A DNA stretch of 64,000 nt, taken from positions 1 to 64,000 of the IMG/VR virus record IMGVR_UViG_3300025141_016306; one strand, 5' to 3'. Position numbers and translations under genes: made by a program. This DNA is from a virus. Under the pieces are notes generated by a model. The model saw nothing but the letters and a program-made list of their open reading frames with translations, was not told the DNA's origin and searched no databases. Shown here piece after piece: positions 29,389-42,100 of this stretch. Position 1 is the first letter of the stretch. Every line of letters begins with the position of its first letter.

Positions 29389-30870
29389 TTATTCTTCAAC
29401 TCTAAATCTAAACGTTTCCGGTTGCTCCGCGTATTTGCCATTAATTTTGTAAGCGAGACCAATAGAATAAACCGTATCTGTCTCTAACATCCCCATATCA
29501 AAAGTAAAATAGCTGCCGCTCGCATCGTAAGACATTTTAGTTTGATTTAAACTACCGGTGCCAAAAGGCGCCACTTTAAACTCATCCGACACTCTTTCTA
29601 TTTGATAATAGGCATTTTCGATAAGGTAGTTGGGGATGGCTTTGCTAGCCTTCACATAAATATTAGGAGACCAATTCTTTTTGCGCGTATACACCCTAAA
29701 GAAGGCATTTCTCTCTTGCTGGGTATATGAGCTTTTCATATTTGTAATATTTGATACAAACGTTGGATTGGCGTTATAATCTTCTGAATCAAAAGTTTTA
29801 AGAGTTATCGCCGAACCAGTGTGGTATTCTACCGAAGCACTGTGCCATAGATCAAAAAGCGTCGTGATGCTCGAAGATGCATATGCAAATGATGCGGTGT
29901 AGATTCCTGTTTGAGACCATCCACCGGTGACATTAACATCTCCGGTTGTCGCGATGCCTCCACCCACCGGGAGAAATAACTGCGAACCGGAAGGTGTGGT
30001 GTTTGTAGCTGAGCCCGAGTAAATGCTTACATTTATAGTCCCGGTGCCTACATCGGGGATATCCGTCAGTTGTCCTTTCACTATATTGTAAAGATATAGG
30101 GTCATGAGATTGTCCGCGGCGGGGAGAAGCGAAGAACTTAGATAGAAATTTCCTCTATTATCGGTCTTAGAGCTGTCCCAGCGAGCCTCGATAATGGGTC
30201 TTTTGAAGAAATACTGCGATTCTCGCGCAAAGAACATTTTGGTATAATAAGAAACCTCTGCGTCCTCTTGGCTAGCTGTGAGGAAAATACCCAAACCGTT
30301 ATTGGTTTTGCTTCCTAGAATATTGCCTGCAGTGTCGAGCCATTGTTCAACAAGAGGGGTAATATTTATTTCCATATCCTCAAAACCTGTGTCAAACGTC
30401 TGCTGAAAGGATGAGGAATTATCGGTGAAATAGTCGCCGCCTTGGGTCGACCACTTTACGGTGGGGCCGTCACTTGCAGTAATCCAGTTGGATGCGTCAA
30501 TGTCCGAATAGTTTTCCATGTCAAGACCAAGACCTTCCTGCCAAGCCGTAGAAACCGCGGAGGCGGTCAGCGTAAAATCTTTTGGGGTTGGCTGGGAATG
30601 TTCCGCGTTAAACATCCGCAGATAAAAAGAAACGCTACCGCTAGCTGGTACATCGCCCGCTGTGCGGTCTGTGGCAATATCAGTAATTGGAAATTGAACG
30701 AGAATTCGGGCGTTCTCCGAAGAAGATGAGGCGGCCTGCCCATAAATATGGAACACTTCCAAAATGTCGGATTGGCCCATATTTCCAGAAACGCCGCGCG
30801 TGGTAAGATTGGCCTTATACGCGTTTGTGATCGTGTTATCTTGGTTTGCTGTGTATCTTTTTATAGCCAT
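29389..30870 (-). CDS. Virion structural protein (DNRLRE-like carbohydrate-binding-type domain)
   Basis: DNTI, ARILVQF, WQEGLG, NW...W...GGDY, INITPLVEQWL, NNGL and FFARES...P motifs typical of DNRLRE-like domains. Confidence 0.6.
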   Translation of the reverse strand: MAIKRYTANQDNTITNAYKANLTTRGVSGNMGQSDILEVFHIYGQAASSSSENARILVQFPITDIATDRTAGDVPASGSVSFYLRMFNAEHSQPTPKDFTLTASAVSTAWQEGLGLDMENYSDIDASNWITASDGPTVKWSTQGGDYFTDNSSSFQQTFDTGFEDMEINITPLVEQWLDTAGNILGSKTNNGLGIFLTASQEDAEVSYYTKMFFARESQYFFKRPIIEARWDSSKTDNRGNFYLSSSLLPAADNLMTLYLYNIVKGQLTDIPDVGTGTINVSIYSGSATNTTPSGSQLFLPVGGGIATTGDVNVTGGWSQTGIYTASFAYASSSITTLFDLWHSASVEYHTGSAITLKTFDSEDYNANPTFVSNITNMKSSYTQQERNAFFRVYTRKKNWSPNIYVKASKAIPNYLIENAYYQIERVSDEFKVAPFGTGSLNQTKMSYDASGSYFTFDMGMLETDTVYSIGLAYKINGKYAEQPETFRFRVEE

Positions 30871-32660
30871 TATAATACTTCTCCGTCAATATCGGTAAGG
30901 GGAGACTTAATTTCGAAAATAACATTTGATGGTGCCGACAAAAAGCGGCCGCCGTTGCTTATTAATTGGCTATAGGGAAGGCTAAAAGCCGAATAGGCGC
31001 CGCCACTTACGGGCTCCACTATAACATTTTTTACATCCGCGACCGCAGGAATGTTGTTGAGTAATTTATATACTGTTGTAATCTGGAAAGGTTCCCCAAT
31101 GTCCAGGTACCGAGTTCCAAAATATTGAGAGAGCGTGCTCAAGCATGTTTCCAAGACATCGTATTTGTTAACGTTCATATTGGCGATGACGCTAAATTGA
31201 ATCTTTATGTTTTGGATATTGGCGTCTAAGATGTCTATGGTATCGCCCAGCATTTTATATTTACTGATCCAAGTTTTTAGATTCTGTTTAATCGTAGAGT
31301 TTGTTTGGGTCAGGAGTCCTGCCTGATCTGTCGAGATTACATACAAATTAAGGTTCTTTCCGTTAAACGAATCCGTGTCGCGCTCAACTTTAGCCTTTTT
31401 AACTTGGCCAAAGTTAGACGGCATATTATAGATCATGTTAACGTAATCTTGCTTTGTAACTGCACGATTCTGCGTACCGTATGCCCCATAGCCTCTCATT
31501 TTTATCTCATCAAGAGACATATCCGAAACATCCCCTGTTATTGGTGATTCGTTGGTGACCTCCAAACTAGCTCTCACAGTCGCCATTTTTGTGCCAGTGA
31601 GGGTGCCCTCGTTGAGAAACTTGTAAAGAGGGGTCGCCACTTTGGATAAAGCGCCTACGCCCACATTCACCGTAAGAGCGCTATTTCTTCTATAAAGCAC
31701 TGTTAGAACTGTATTGGTGGGGGGGACACCCATCTTATCTGTTTGGACAAGAACTGTTGGATCAAAGGCTTTATCGGTGATATAATTTTTCCCAAATATA
31801 TCCAGTATCACCTCTGTGGGATCTAGCTCTCGTTCGATGTTGTTATCTGTGCCCGAGCCAAATTGGAGGGTGGTCTTGGAAAAGGTCTGCTCCATCACAA
31901 ATCGGCGTGGCACTGCTACGGGTTTTAAAATGTTTTCTACTGTTTTTTTGTTGGCTTTGGTGTTCAGTACCGGCACATACACTGTATCTTGGGTGAGATA
32001 ATCTACTTCATAGTAGTTGTTTCCGTCTGCGTCAAAAACAGATATAACTTCGGTCAAGTTGGGGTCCTCTATTTCGATGCGCAAAAACTTTTGATAGTTG
32101 CCCACCTCAAATGTTTCAGACATTAGCTCTCCGGACATTACGAGACCCTTTAATTTGACAGCGTATCGAGAAGGAGTGGTTCCATCAGTATTGGCCGCTG
32201 CCACAACTATATCAGTGGACTCGCTAAAATCTAAGTCGTTAATTAGGGTAAACATTTGGTTAGCCGTGGTGCTAATAGTCGTTCCGCGTTTTAAAATGGG
32301 CGCGTATGTCCAATCAGGGGCGGTGGCGTCGGCTTGGGAAGGTAGCGAGATAAAAAAGCTCGCCTCTCCATGGGATGCGGCATTAGCGCGAAATTTATAA
32401 CCCAATGCTTTGGAAAGTTTAATAACGCTCTCAGTTTCGATAGCTGTATTCAAAAACGACTCGTTGGCCTGGTAGTCAACATAGAAAGAAAGCATGTCAC
32501 CAATATAAGACACCATGTCGACCATCAAAGACCCGAACGAAGATTCATTGAAATCTCGATATGTTTCCGGGTAATACTTTTGAGCGTAGTTGAGAAGATC
32601 TTCTTTGATAGAGGCAAAATCTCTAGAGGTGTAGTTTATTAAAGGTTTTTTAATTTTCAT
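30870..32660 (-). CDS. Baseplate wedge subunit, T4 gp6 / baseplate J-like
   Basis: INYTSRDFASIK...SYIGDMLSFYVDYQANESFL.TA, LGYK, LQFGSG, QNRAVTKQDY. Confidence 0.92.
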   Translation of the reverse strand: MKIKKPLINYTSRDFASIKEDLLNYAQKYYPETYRDFNESSFGSLMVDMVSYIGDMLSFYVDYQANESFLNTAIETESVIKLSKALGYKFRANAASHGEASFFISLPSQADATAPDWTYAPILKRGTTISTTANQMFTLINDLDFSESTDIVVAAANTDGTTPSRYAVKLKGLVMSGELMSETFEVGNYQKFLRIEIEDPNLTEVISVFDADGNNYYEVDYLTQDTVYVPVLNTKANKKTVENILKPVAVPRRFVMEQTFSKTTLQFGSGTDNNIERELDPTEVILDIFGKNYITDKAFDPTVLVQTDKMGVPPTNTVLTVLYRRNSALTVNVGVGALSKVATPLYKFLNEGTLTGTKMATVRASLEVTNESPITGDVSDMSLDEIKMRGYGAYGTQNRAVTKQDYVNMIYNMPSNFGQVKKAKVERDTDSFNGKNLNLYVISTDQAGLLTQTNSTIKQNLKTWISKYKMLGDTIDILDANIQNIKIQFSVIANMNVNKYDVLETCLSTLSQYFGTRYLDIGEPFQITTVYKLLNNIPAVADVKNVIVEPVSGGAYSAFSLPYSQLISNGGRFLSAPSNVIFEIKSPLTDIDGEVL

Positions 32661-32675
32661 CGTTTAAAAATCTTC

Positions 32676-33080
32676 CTATGCAAATTGTATTTTGGTTACT
32701 TCTAATATGTCTGAAAAATTGAATGCAGGCACTGAATAGTATATCGCCAAATCTAAAGTATACTGTGTCTCCGAAGCCGCATAGTTAGGATTGTGACGCG
32801 TAAACTCAATGTTACTCACTTCAATATAGGGCAAATAGGTTGCGACCTGATTCTCGATTCTGGAAGAGATCTCTGCCTCCACCGTATCATGTTGGTTGCT
32901 GAACAAATAGTTTCTCAGACCCACTCCAAACTCAGGGATCATGACCCTTTCACCGGGAGAGGTCAGCAAGAGATTTTTAAAATTTTGCTTGCTATTGGCG
33001 GCGATGGTTTTCGTTAAAGCGTAATAGCCGTCCTCTTCGCTTCTCTGTAATGGTATAATTGGTGAAAATCCGAAAGCCAA
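32676..33080 (-). CDS. Baseplate wedge subunit, T4 gp25 / P2 gpW-like
   Basis: KQNFKNLLLTSPGERVMIPEFGVGLRNYLF...YLPYI; TTG start with a purine-rich SD. Confidence 0.92.
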   Translation of the reverse strand: MAFGFSPIIPLQRSEEDGYYALTKTIAANSKQNFKNLLLTSPGERVMIPEFGVGLRNYLFSNQHDTVEAEISSRIENQVATYLPYIEVSNIEFTRHNPNYAASETQYTLDLAIYYSVPAFNFSDILEVTKIQFA

Positions 33081-33101
33081 TGTTCTTTCCCTCTCAAGAT
33101 A

Positions 33102-33146
33102 TAATTAGGTTTCTTGCCTAGAAATCACTTCATTTTAAGTAATTGT
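33102..33146 (-). promoter_or_regulatory. Putative late promoter variants (ATTACTTA at 33136-33143; CCTAATTA at 33102-33109)
   Basis: Two near-consensus copies in the 82-bp gap before the gp25-like gene. Confidence 0.45.
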
Positions 33147-33162
33147 TATTTTGGGCCTTTCT

Positions 33163-36100
33163 CTACGTTTCCTCCGCGGTTGGCGGTGGCGTTTCGTTCG
33201 GCGGTTCTGGGGGCGTCTCTGTGCTGGGTGGCAGCAGAAGGGGTCCGTACTTGATTTGCTTGGCTTCGCCGGCGACTAAGTGGTCGCACGACGGCGGCTC
33301 CACTCTCATATCCTGTGCTGAAGAAAAGTTTGGGTTATAGCCGTTCAGAAGTTTAGCTGCGACACCAATGGGAGTGAAGGGCCCAGGGCCCCCTTTCCAT
33401 ATCCATGGGGTTTTCCAGAAGGGATCAACAGTATTGGCCATGGCACCTAAAAATGATTTAAGTATGCCTAGACCGATGGCCCCCAGATCAATATTAAACG
33501 CCGGCGACCCATCCCCCGCGGCGGGGGTTCTTTGGTAATCTCCGGTCGCGACCGCGACTGCTGACAAGAGTGTTTCTGTGGCCGCGGCGGTGGTGCCATC
33601 AAAATTGTATTCGACAGCGGGGTAGTATTTTTCAAGCAAAATTCGGAACATGAGCGTTAAAATTGTTGACTGTTCCTTCACGAAAAAGCTTTGCAGCAGT
33701 TTCGTAAAGAATTCTCTTTTTTCGCAGGGGGCGCCTTCGATCATTTTGCCCATAAACTCTTCGGGTCCTACCTTTTTGTCCGCAAACTTAGCAGTTAATG
33801 TATAGATATCTTTTTTAATTTCATTTTTGTCAAATAATACATCTTTAATATCGGCAATTTGGTCAAAAGCCGGAGCGTTGTATTCGTAAGGATAAACGCG
33901 GGTGTTGCCCAGGACATCAAGCAGTGTCCCCTCTGCATTCTGGAACCCAAAAAACTCTGCTAGAGTGTTAGACTTCCAGGTCAGGAGGTCGGCGCCCCCG
34001 CCTACGTTCGCATCCCAAGCGTTGCCACCGGTGCCTGTGGTTGACCAGTCGCTCTTTTTAATATATTGCAATTCATTATAAGCAGTGAGCGATGTTACCT
34101 CCTCATCGTCGAGGTCTTTCCAAGTTTCCCATTGAGCCCCTGGTCGTATTTTGGCGCACAGGTCAGCCGAGCCCCAATTAGCTTTGGGGTCTGCAAAGTC
34201 GGGGAGCGCGACCTTCATCAACTCTTCGCCGAACTCGTTCAGTGACAATTGATAGAGGAAATCTTGCACAACTTTGGCATATACGTGCTGGTGGATTGTG
34301 AAATCGTACCCATTATAGCCCGTTTGCCCCGGCTCGTTGCCTTCGCCATCACCGGGATACCATGGGGCAATTTTGGCCGCGGATACACCATGAGCGCCGA
34401 CATGTTCAATCATCGCTAGCTGTTCGTCTATCCATCCGTTTAAACCGTTAATATTAAGGGTCTGCAGATACGAAATGATCTGCACTGCATGCGGTTTGAG
34501 GAAATCGAATGACTCTTTGCCATAAAGAGTTTTACCTAGCGCAGCTAAATAAGCGGTTTTCATATTCTTAAAAATGGCCTCCTTTTTGGCCGATTTTGAG
34601 CCGTCGTATCCAGTCGCGGCGCCGTTGGCCGATGCCCGGATTACATCGTCATTAAAGAAGCAAAGGTTGTTGAGTTTACCCTCGTCGACAATATGGAGCC
34701 AGTGCCTCCACCACCATTGCGTAAAACGATGATAACCGCGGTATCCGCCATCATAATGGCCACCCGCGTCGTGAGAGGGGGCCAAGTGGAAGTCCGCAGT
34801 ACTGCTGGACTTCGCTGGGCCCCAGCCGCTTGTTTTAGAATACGCTACTTCGCGCCATTTCGTCTTTTCTGCCCACCGCGTAATTTGCCGGCCGCGGGGC
34901 CAATCCAACTTGCGAATCACATCGCTATACCCATAAGGCCCTCTTCGGGTCACAGAATTTAATATGTCCATATGGACACCGGTGGCGTCGTTGTCTTTGC
35001 GTTGATCATGCCACTTCCATTCCACTCCGAACAGCCATGGCCATTCGAATGACACGTCACCGCGGGGATTTTCTTTGTAATTGGCGGCTGAATAGGTGTC
35101 ATAGATGTTTTTAAAGTCTTCGTAGTCGGTCTTTTCGATGCCGATAGATTTCATTTTAGCCTCGGAAAAGAAATCATTCCATGTGGGATGCTTGTAGGTC
35201 TCTTGGGCGCTCTGTGTATTTTTCTTATAAATTTTATAAGCAAAATCAAACCAGTTGGACTGAAAGTCGGGCGCTATTTGGGTTTGCACTGTGTAGACTG
35301 GAAACGTCACATAGCGGTGCGGTTTTCCGCCGTCAATTGTGGTCCGGGAATCGATAAGGTCGACCTTTCCTGTCTTTTCGCGCAAAAGGAACATGGCCAA
35401 TTCGGCTGAGGATTTTTCGTCGACTGCACCGGCGAGATCCGCGCCAAGAGCGGATGCATCAAAATTATCTCGGATGTCGGGTCGATCAATTTCGGATACG
35501 TATTGAGCAACTCTTGTAGTGAACTTAATCTCCAAAATATCATTTACCGGTTGAGATAAAAACCATGTAAAAAAGTTCACCCGGGTGTGGTGTTCAAGCC
35601 CCGGTATTGATTCGATTTTATTTTTCTCTTCGTCTGAAAGATATTTCCACCAGGAGCGGTCCTTGTCCGTCTGCGCGGAATGTAGCGCTTCGTCTCCATA
35701 CTGCTGGAATAAAAGGGTGTAGAGCGCCTGGGTCTCGGAGTTGGCGTTAGCTGCAGCGAAGCTGGGGTCGAGAATGTTGGTGCCCATCCCGACGGCGCCG
35801 ACAATGTCCTGTTTGCGCGGCAGCAAGCTGCCAATATCGCTTAGCGTAAACCCATTTGCATAAGCGTCGCGGAACTTCCAGGCCGTTGAATGGGTTCTAA
35901 ACAAGTCCGGAGCGTGGGCCACTCCAGCGGCGTCCACTCCCTTCCCCGCTCTCCATGGGTAAAGAAATTGACTCACCATGGTCTCGAAATCATTAATATA
36001 AATCTTGCCCGTCATCGCCCATTCCATCTCAGGGTATTGTTTCATAAGAGCTACCTTGTCGTCGTCCGTGAAATCAGGGTCAAAATTATACCGGAACACT

Positions 36101-39100
36101 TTCCAAAACAATGAATGTTCGCGGAGCGGCTCAAACGCGTTCTCCCATCGTCCTCCCGCCAGTCCTCCCTGGGCATAGTTCCATGCAGACCCTAGTGGGG
36201 TATAATAATGCCTGTCCGACTCGATGCTGCCATTGGTTTCGATTAACGTATAATCTTTATGCAAAAGAGGCCTAATCTGAGGGAAAAGCAGTATTAGCTT
36301 CGTTTCATTAAGAAAGTTTGCCACTTGTTTGCGCGGCAGCGCTTGGTTCGAGACGGCTGCGCTTTCCCACATTGCGAATTCGTTACGTAACAGGTTTCTC
36401 TGCTTTTCCGTCAACTTGGTGAAAAAGTTTTGCCTATAATTCAATTCTACAAGCTTCTCGGTTACAAAGCCCGAATTGACTCCGCCCAACGCCTTTTCTA
36501 GATCATTGGTTTTTATTGCAGTGGGGGGATTTGCTGAGAAATTGCGCATGGGTTCATGATGGCGTCTTTGGAATGTAAATTGATTGGACGTTTTGGTCTG
36601 ACCGGCGGTCTCATCTATCAGGTCAAAAAAGAGCATCGTTTCTTCGTGGTGCCATGCCGAAAGGCCTACCCCGCCCTCCTCCGTGAGATCTTTCGAGGTG
36701 CTGTCGGCGACGGCTTCCATGGCGTCGCCGATGTCGGCCCAAAGGCCCCCAAACGCGCCTTCATCCAGCACGGTGTCGAGCAGCTCACTCGCTTCCAGCT
36801 CGAAGCTGCCTAATTCTTCGGCATATGGGCTCTTTGTGCCGGTGTGGAGAGCGTACGCTCCGCCATGGCCATCTTCCAAGGGCACCGTGAGATCGATTTC
36901 CCATGCGTCTCCCATTCCGTTGAGATAAGAGGTTAATTGTTCGTTTTGCAAAACCTTTAATTGGTCGGATTTTTCAATCACATCCAACAACTTCAAATGA
37001 GTCTCGTTCGCGGTTGTCCCTGCTTTGGTACCCGGGTCTGTGATTGCCACCTGCTGAACCAATCGTCTATCAAAATATCCGGGAGTGTTGTCAAGTTCTT
37101 CAGGCATGCCTTTGAAAAGCATATTTTTCACATACTGCACCTGCTCATGAATGAGAATGTCCAAGGCCGTTCGAGTGCTCATCGTTTCGTCCATATAGAC
37201 AATACGGGAAATGTCGCGAATGAACTCTTCCATAATTTCAGTATAAAAGTCGTCAATACCGCTGCCGGCAACTGTTTTAAACTGTCTTTGCAAGGCTCTC
37301 TCAATTTCTTCAAAAAGATAGACATCAAAGAAGGCCTGACGTTTTAACGGCGAGCCTGCTACGGATTTGGCCATCTCGGTGGCGTATTGACCCTCTGTGT
37401 TGGCAAAGCCAAAGATAAAAAGACTTTTCATTACCTCTTTAACGACGATGGAGCGCACCACGCAATCCAATGCAATTTTAATATAGGCAAGATTGGTTGC
37501 GTTTTTCTGGACCGCCATTGGGTTGACGCACTTGAGCGCATCAGTCAAATTTTGAACCTGGGCGTTTAGCACCTTGTGATTGAAAAACCCGAGGAAACAT
37601 TCCCCTGCGGCGGTTTGTGGAATTGCCTTTGTTAGCCTCAATTTCTCAAATATTTGAAGATTGAGGTTGATGGGCTGCCCCTGCTGTTGACGCACATCTA
37701 AAAATAAACCGTTCCGGGACGTTGAAGTCAACAAGTCATGAAACATGTCATTTAATGCTGACATATAAAGATCATTGTCTCGAACAAACTTTTCCAAATT
37801 TATTGAATGTGTGTTGGTTGAGTCACTCATACGACGTCCCGCATAAAACGAGCCTGAAACATATTTGCTCTGGAAATGTTCAAGAACAGGCGGTTTTTCT
37901 GTGGCGTATGTATACACAGACGAGCCCTCGGCGCCTAGAACAGATAAAACCAAATTCGCCTGATTCGACTCTGGGAAGTAAAGATCCAACTCCGCAACAG
38001 CGTCTTCCGCTAGCGCGGCGGCGGATTCGGCGGCAGCTTCTGCTGCAACCTCCGCTTTGGATGGCGCGCCGGGAAGCCAAGATTCCGATTGATTGTGAAG
38101 GTAGAGGCAGACAGCGTTCATTTTTGCCCAGCGCTCTTCTTTAATTTTCTTCCTTCGTATGGCCTCCCACAGAGTGTCGCTGTATGGTGAGCCCATGCCC
38201 TCAAAATATTCTATATCTAGAGGGCCGGTGTTTATCCAGGCTTTGACCTGATCATAAATCTCCAGCATGACCGGCCAATCCTCGTAGGTAATGCCCGTCA
38301 CCGCGGTGGAGTCCTCGGGGTAGAGAACGCTGCCCCATTTGGATGCTGGGTTTACCGCAAGCTTGTTTGCGCATGCTGCGAATTTTTGTTTATATTCTGT
38401 TTGCAATGTGGGCAGTGATTCCTGAAAGTCGCTTATCTGCGTGGCCGTCGGAACATACTCATCCAGCGGGACGTCTACGGTGACGTTATAATACGTCTGT
38501 GTCGACTGGTTGAGGGCCTCCACCTGCTTTTTGGGGTCCAAGTGCATATGCATCGCTTTTCGAATCTTTTCGGTATCAGAAGGGGGGGAGCCAGGAACAG
38601 AAGAGGCGTCGACAATGAGTTTTGCATTCTCCCAGCGCCTAACGCAGCTGCTGTCCTGGTCCGCGATGCCCATCAGCACGAAATTTTTGCCGTACCAAAT
38701 CTGGTGTACTGAGGCTGCTATAGCGAAGCCCCATTTTTGCGCCTCTTCGTCATCCCAGCCCGTCTCCGAATCCAACAGATATTGGAATTGGCTGACCTGT
38801 GGGTCTTGAAACACATATGAGCCGACTTGCATCGTCAGGGTCGTCTGCAACAGCGGCGCAATCGCAGGGAAGGGTGTATTCGCGTAGAAAAACTGAATGC
38901 GTCTATCGATATCCATGCCATCAGGAAGCGCGCTAGGGTCAAAACTGAACATGATGCGTTTGCCGTCGGGAGACGCCGTAAAAAAGGCTGTTTTTGCTGC
39001 CGCATCTTCAGGGTTAAGCATAGAAATAATAGCACTTTGAAGCCTTGAGGCTGCAATGCCTGAATTTCTGCGCTCTGCGGTAGGCAAAAGCGCGATGCGC

Positions 39101-42100
39101 ATCGCCTCGATTTCATCGTCATCCGAGTCCGGGCCGGCAATCCTATTCGCGTTATATGGGGGCACCACGGATATCCCACCTTGTTCCCCGATAAACCCAT
39201 ATAAGTCTCTATATATATCTTTGATGCGACTTATTTCTATCTCAAAAACATTCTCCAAGTTCCCAAAAATAGCGTTGGCCGCCTGGGCGCTGGCAAACTT
39301 TTGGGATTCATGGTATGGATCAATAGACGGTTTGCTTTCGTCGTTATCATCATCGGAACAAGTCTGAGTGGGCGTCATTGGACCGCCCAAAATGTCCCCA
39401 ACGTTGTTAAGTGCTTGATTTAACAGGCTTCTGCGGTTTGCGTCTGCATCCGACATGGCTTTCATAAGCTCTTCTGGGGTCATGTATTTCGACAACTCTA
39501 ACTTCTTGATGTCTTCGTTTGTTGCCCCGCAGAGGTTTAAAATTATTTTTCTCTGCCTATCGTATGCGTTTCTAGCTGCAATGAGCAGAGCGGGATCGAT
39601 GTCTTTGGCAAGCATCTCAACAAAAGCATATACACCGTTCTCGTTAACATAGTATTCATAAAACTGCGTGCCTTGAAGGTATTGCAAAGATTTCAACAAA
39701 TCCAACAATTTATAATGGAGGCGGTTGGAGCCCGTTTGACGCAGCAATGCCACCATTTCGTTAATGGTAAAAGCAGCCGAGATATCAGCCAATAATTTCT
39801 TGTATTCTGCCAAGGTTAACTTTGTGGCGGCGGAGATCTCAATGAACCCTTTGCTGTTTTTAACGCTGCCGGAGCGGGCGCTAGCGTTCATAAACTCGCT
39901 AAGATCTATTTTTCCGAGGGGAGTTTCAGGTGCATTGGCTTTTTCTGAATCTGAACACGCTGACATTAAACTTCTCATAATATACATGATGCCATTTACG
40001 ATCAGATCTCGAACCAAATTCATGGCCAAGTCATAAAGCGCTTCTTTGAACCCCTCCAGGATATCCAGAACAGGGAAATCAGTCTGCAAGAACATCTCCA
40101 CCCTGCGCTCTGCCGCTTCCGCAACCTTTTCGGCATCTTCTCCGATCTTTTTGGCAACTTCCTCTGCATTAGAGATTAAGTAATAGAGTGCATAAAGCGC
40201 GGCGGGTACAATAGCAAAAATCGCTGCGCAGATCAAAAGGCCGTCGTCCGGATCGTTAAAGAGATCGTCCAAGACCCCCTCTGCCGCTTGTTTGCCGCCC
40301 TTCATTTCAAAGCTTTTCTTAAAGGTGGCCATGGCACCTGTGTCGATCTTTTCAATATGCGCCAAAATTAGACCGCAAAGAGGGCGCAAATCGTTTTGGA
40401 AATGCTTCTGCCGCTCTTTCTTTTTCAGACCGGTCCAGTAGCCCGTCAATCCCAGTGTCTTTTTTGCGTCGTTGTATTTTGTGAGCACTTCTGGTCCGAA
40501 AGTTGTAATTGCGCGATGGGATGATGCGCCACCGTCGCCTAATTTTAGAAAACGTTCGATTGCGCCGACTTCGTTGGTTTGGCTCAGCGCAACACCGGGC
40601 GGTGCTTCAGAAAAGGGATTCACTGTGGCCAAAATGGGGATGAACGTGTTGATGAGGAATTCATAGGCGTCGACTTGTTTCTGAATTGCGCCTGACGCTT
40701 CTTCTAATTCGTCAATCTCCCCTGTTAACTCAGAAAGTTCTGCTTGGTAGGTCTCTAAGAGATGGCGCTCGTTGGGTGGCACTTTATTTTTACCCAGTAA
40801 TTTCTCTCGTTCCTGCTGCTCGGTGATTCGAGCTTCGAGCGCTTGCACGCGTTTTGCCTTGCGCGCAATTTTATTATCCAAATTTGGGCTGACAAAAGAG
40901 TCGTCGGCTGGTTTGTCTTGACGCGCGGCTTGTGCCCTTTTCGCGGCCCATTGTTCGTTCAAGTCTACAAGAAAAAGTTCCAAATTCTCTTTCTTTTGCC
41001 ATGTGGACAGTTGATTACCGACAGAGATGGATTCCCCGATTTTCTTCGCGCCCCAAGCTGCTGCGCTAGCGACGCCATCTTGCAGCCCTTTATCCAAAGT
41101 TTCCATGGCAGCAGATAATTTCGCTGCTATCGCTTGGCCCTGCGGGCCCTGTTTTGCGACAGCGTCGACAATTTCATCCTGATAAGACCGATACTTCATA
41201 ATGGCGCTGCGGCAAAATTGCCTCTTAAGTTCATCAATGCCCAAAAGCTGCATGAGGCATTGCGCCGACATTTTTATCAAGTGTGGGATCGAAATATGAT
41301 TTAGCACCGACTTATAAAGATCATCGATGTCATCAATATTCTCAAATTTCCCCATCATAAAATTGTCGCCAAGGACATCGCCAATTTTCTCATATTGCGT
41401 GGCGACTTCTGCCCGGGCATTTTGTTTCGCCATCTCGTTTATGCTAGCCTTCGAGGGGCGCGTCTTTTTATAAAAATCATCATCCAAAAGCCGCACATCC
41501 CCAATAAGAAACTCTTCAATTATCGTTTTGGTTACCGCGGAGTGAGTAAAATAAGGCATCGGATAGATATATTTCCGAAGAAACTTTTCGCAATCTTCCG
41601 GCTTTTTAAAAGGAGAATTCGCCGTGACAGTGTATTTTGCAAAAATTTCTTTTAAATGTACAATCAGCGCGTTGGTGGTTGGGTTGAGGAAAAGCCGATG
41701 GTTGACGAGAGAGTCCTGTCGCAAGGATTGTGCAAATTCCTCCTCTGATTTCCAGGCGCCGGCGGAAAGGCGTTGCCATTCCCATGTTTTCTTCGAATCT
41801 TTGGGCTCAAACACTGCGATGGGGGCGCCTGGATGTCGATGGCTGCCTACTTTTAGATCAGTTAAACTGAAGCTCATGTCGAATTTAAAGTTTATCATTG
41901 TTGAGGGAGGGATCTTTGGCTTCCCGCTGGCACCTGCTGGGAGCGCGTTTCTCACAACCGTCCCAATATCCGTTTGTAATGCGACTAATCGGTCAATTTG
42001 AAGTTGCAAGTTAAGGGGCTTTTCAAGCTTTATACCATAAGCCCTTATTCTATTATCCAAGTCGGTGAGAACTTTAGTCGCGAGATCTGCGTATGCTTTT

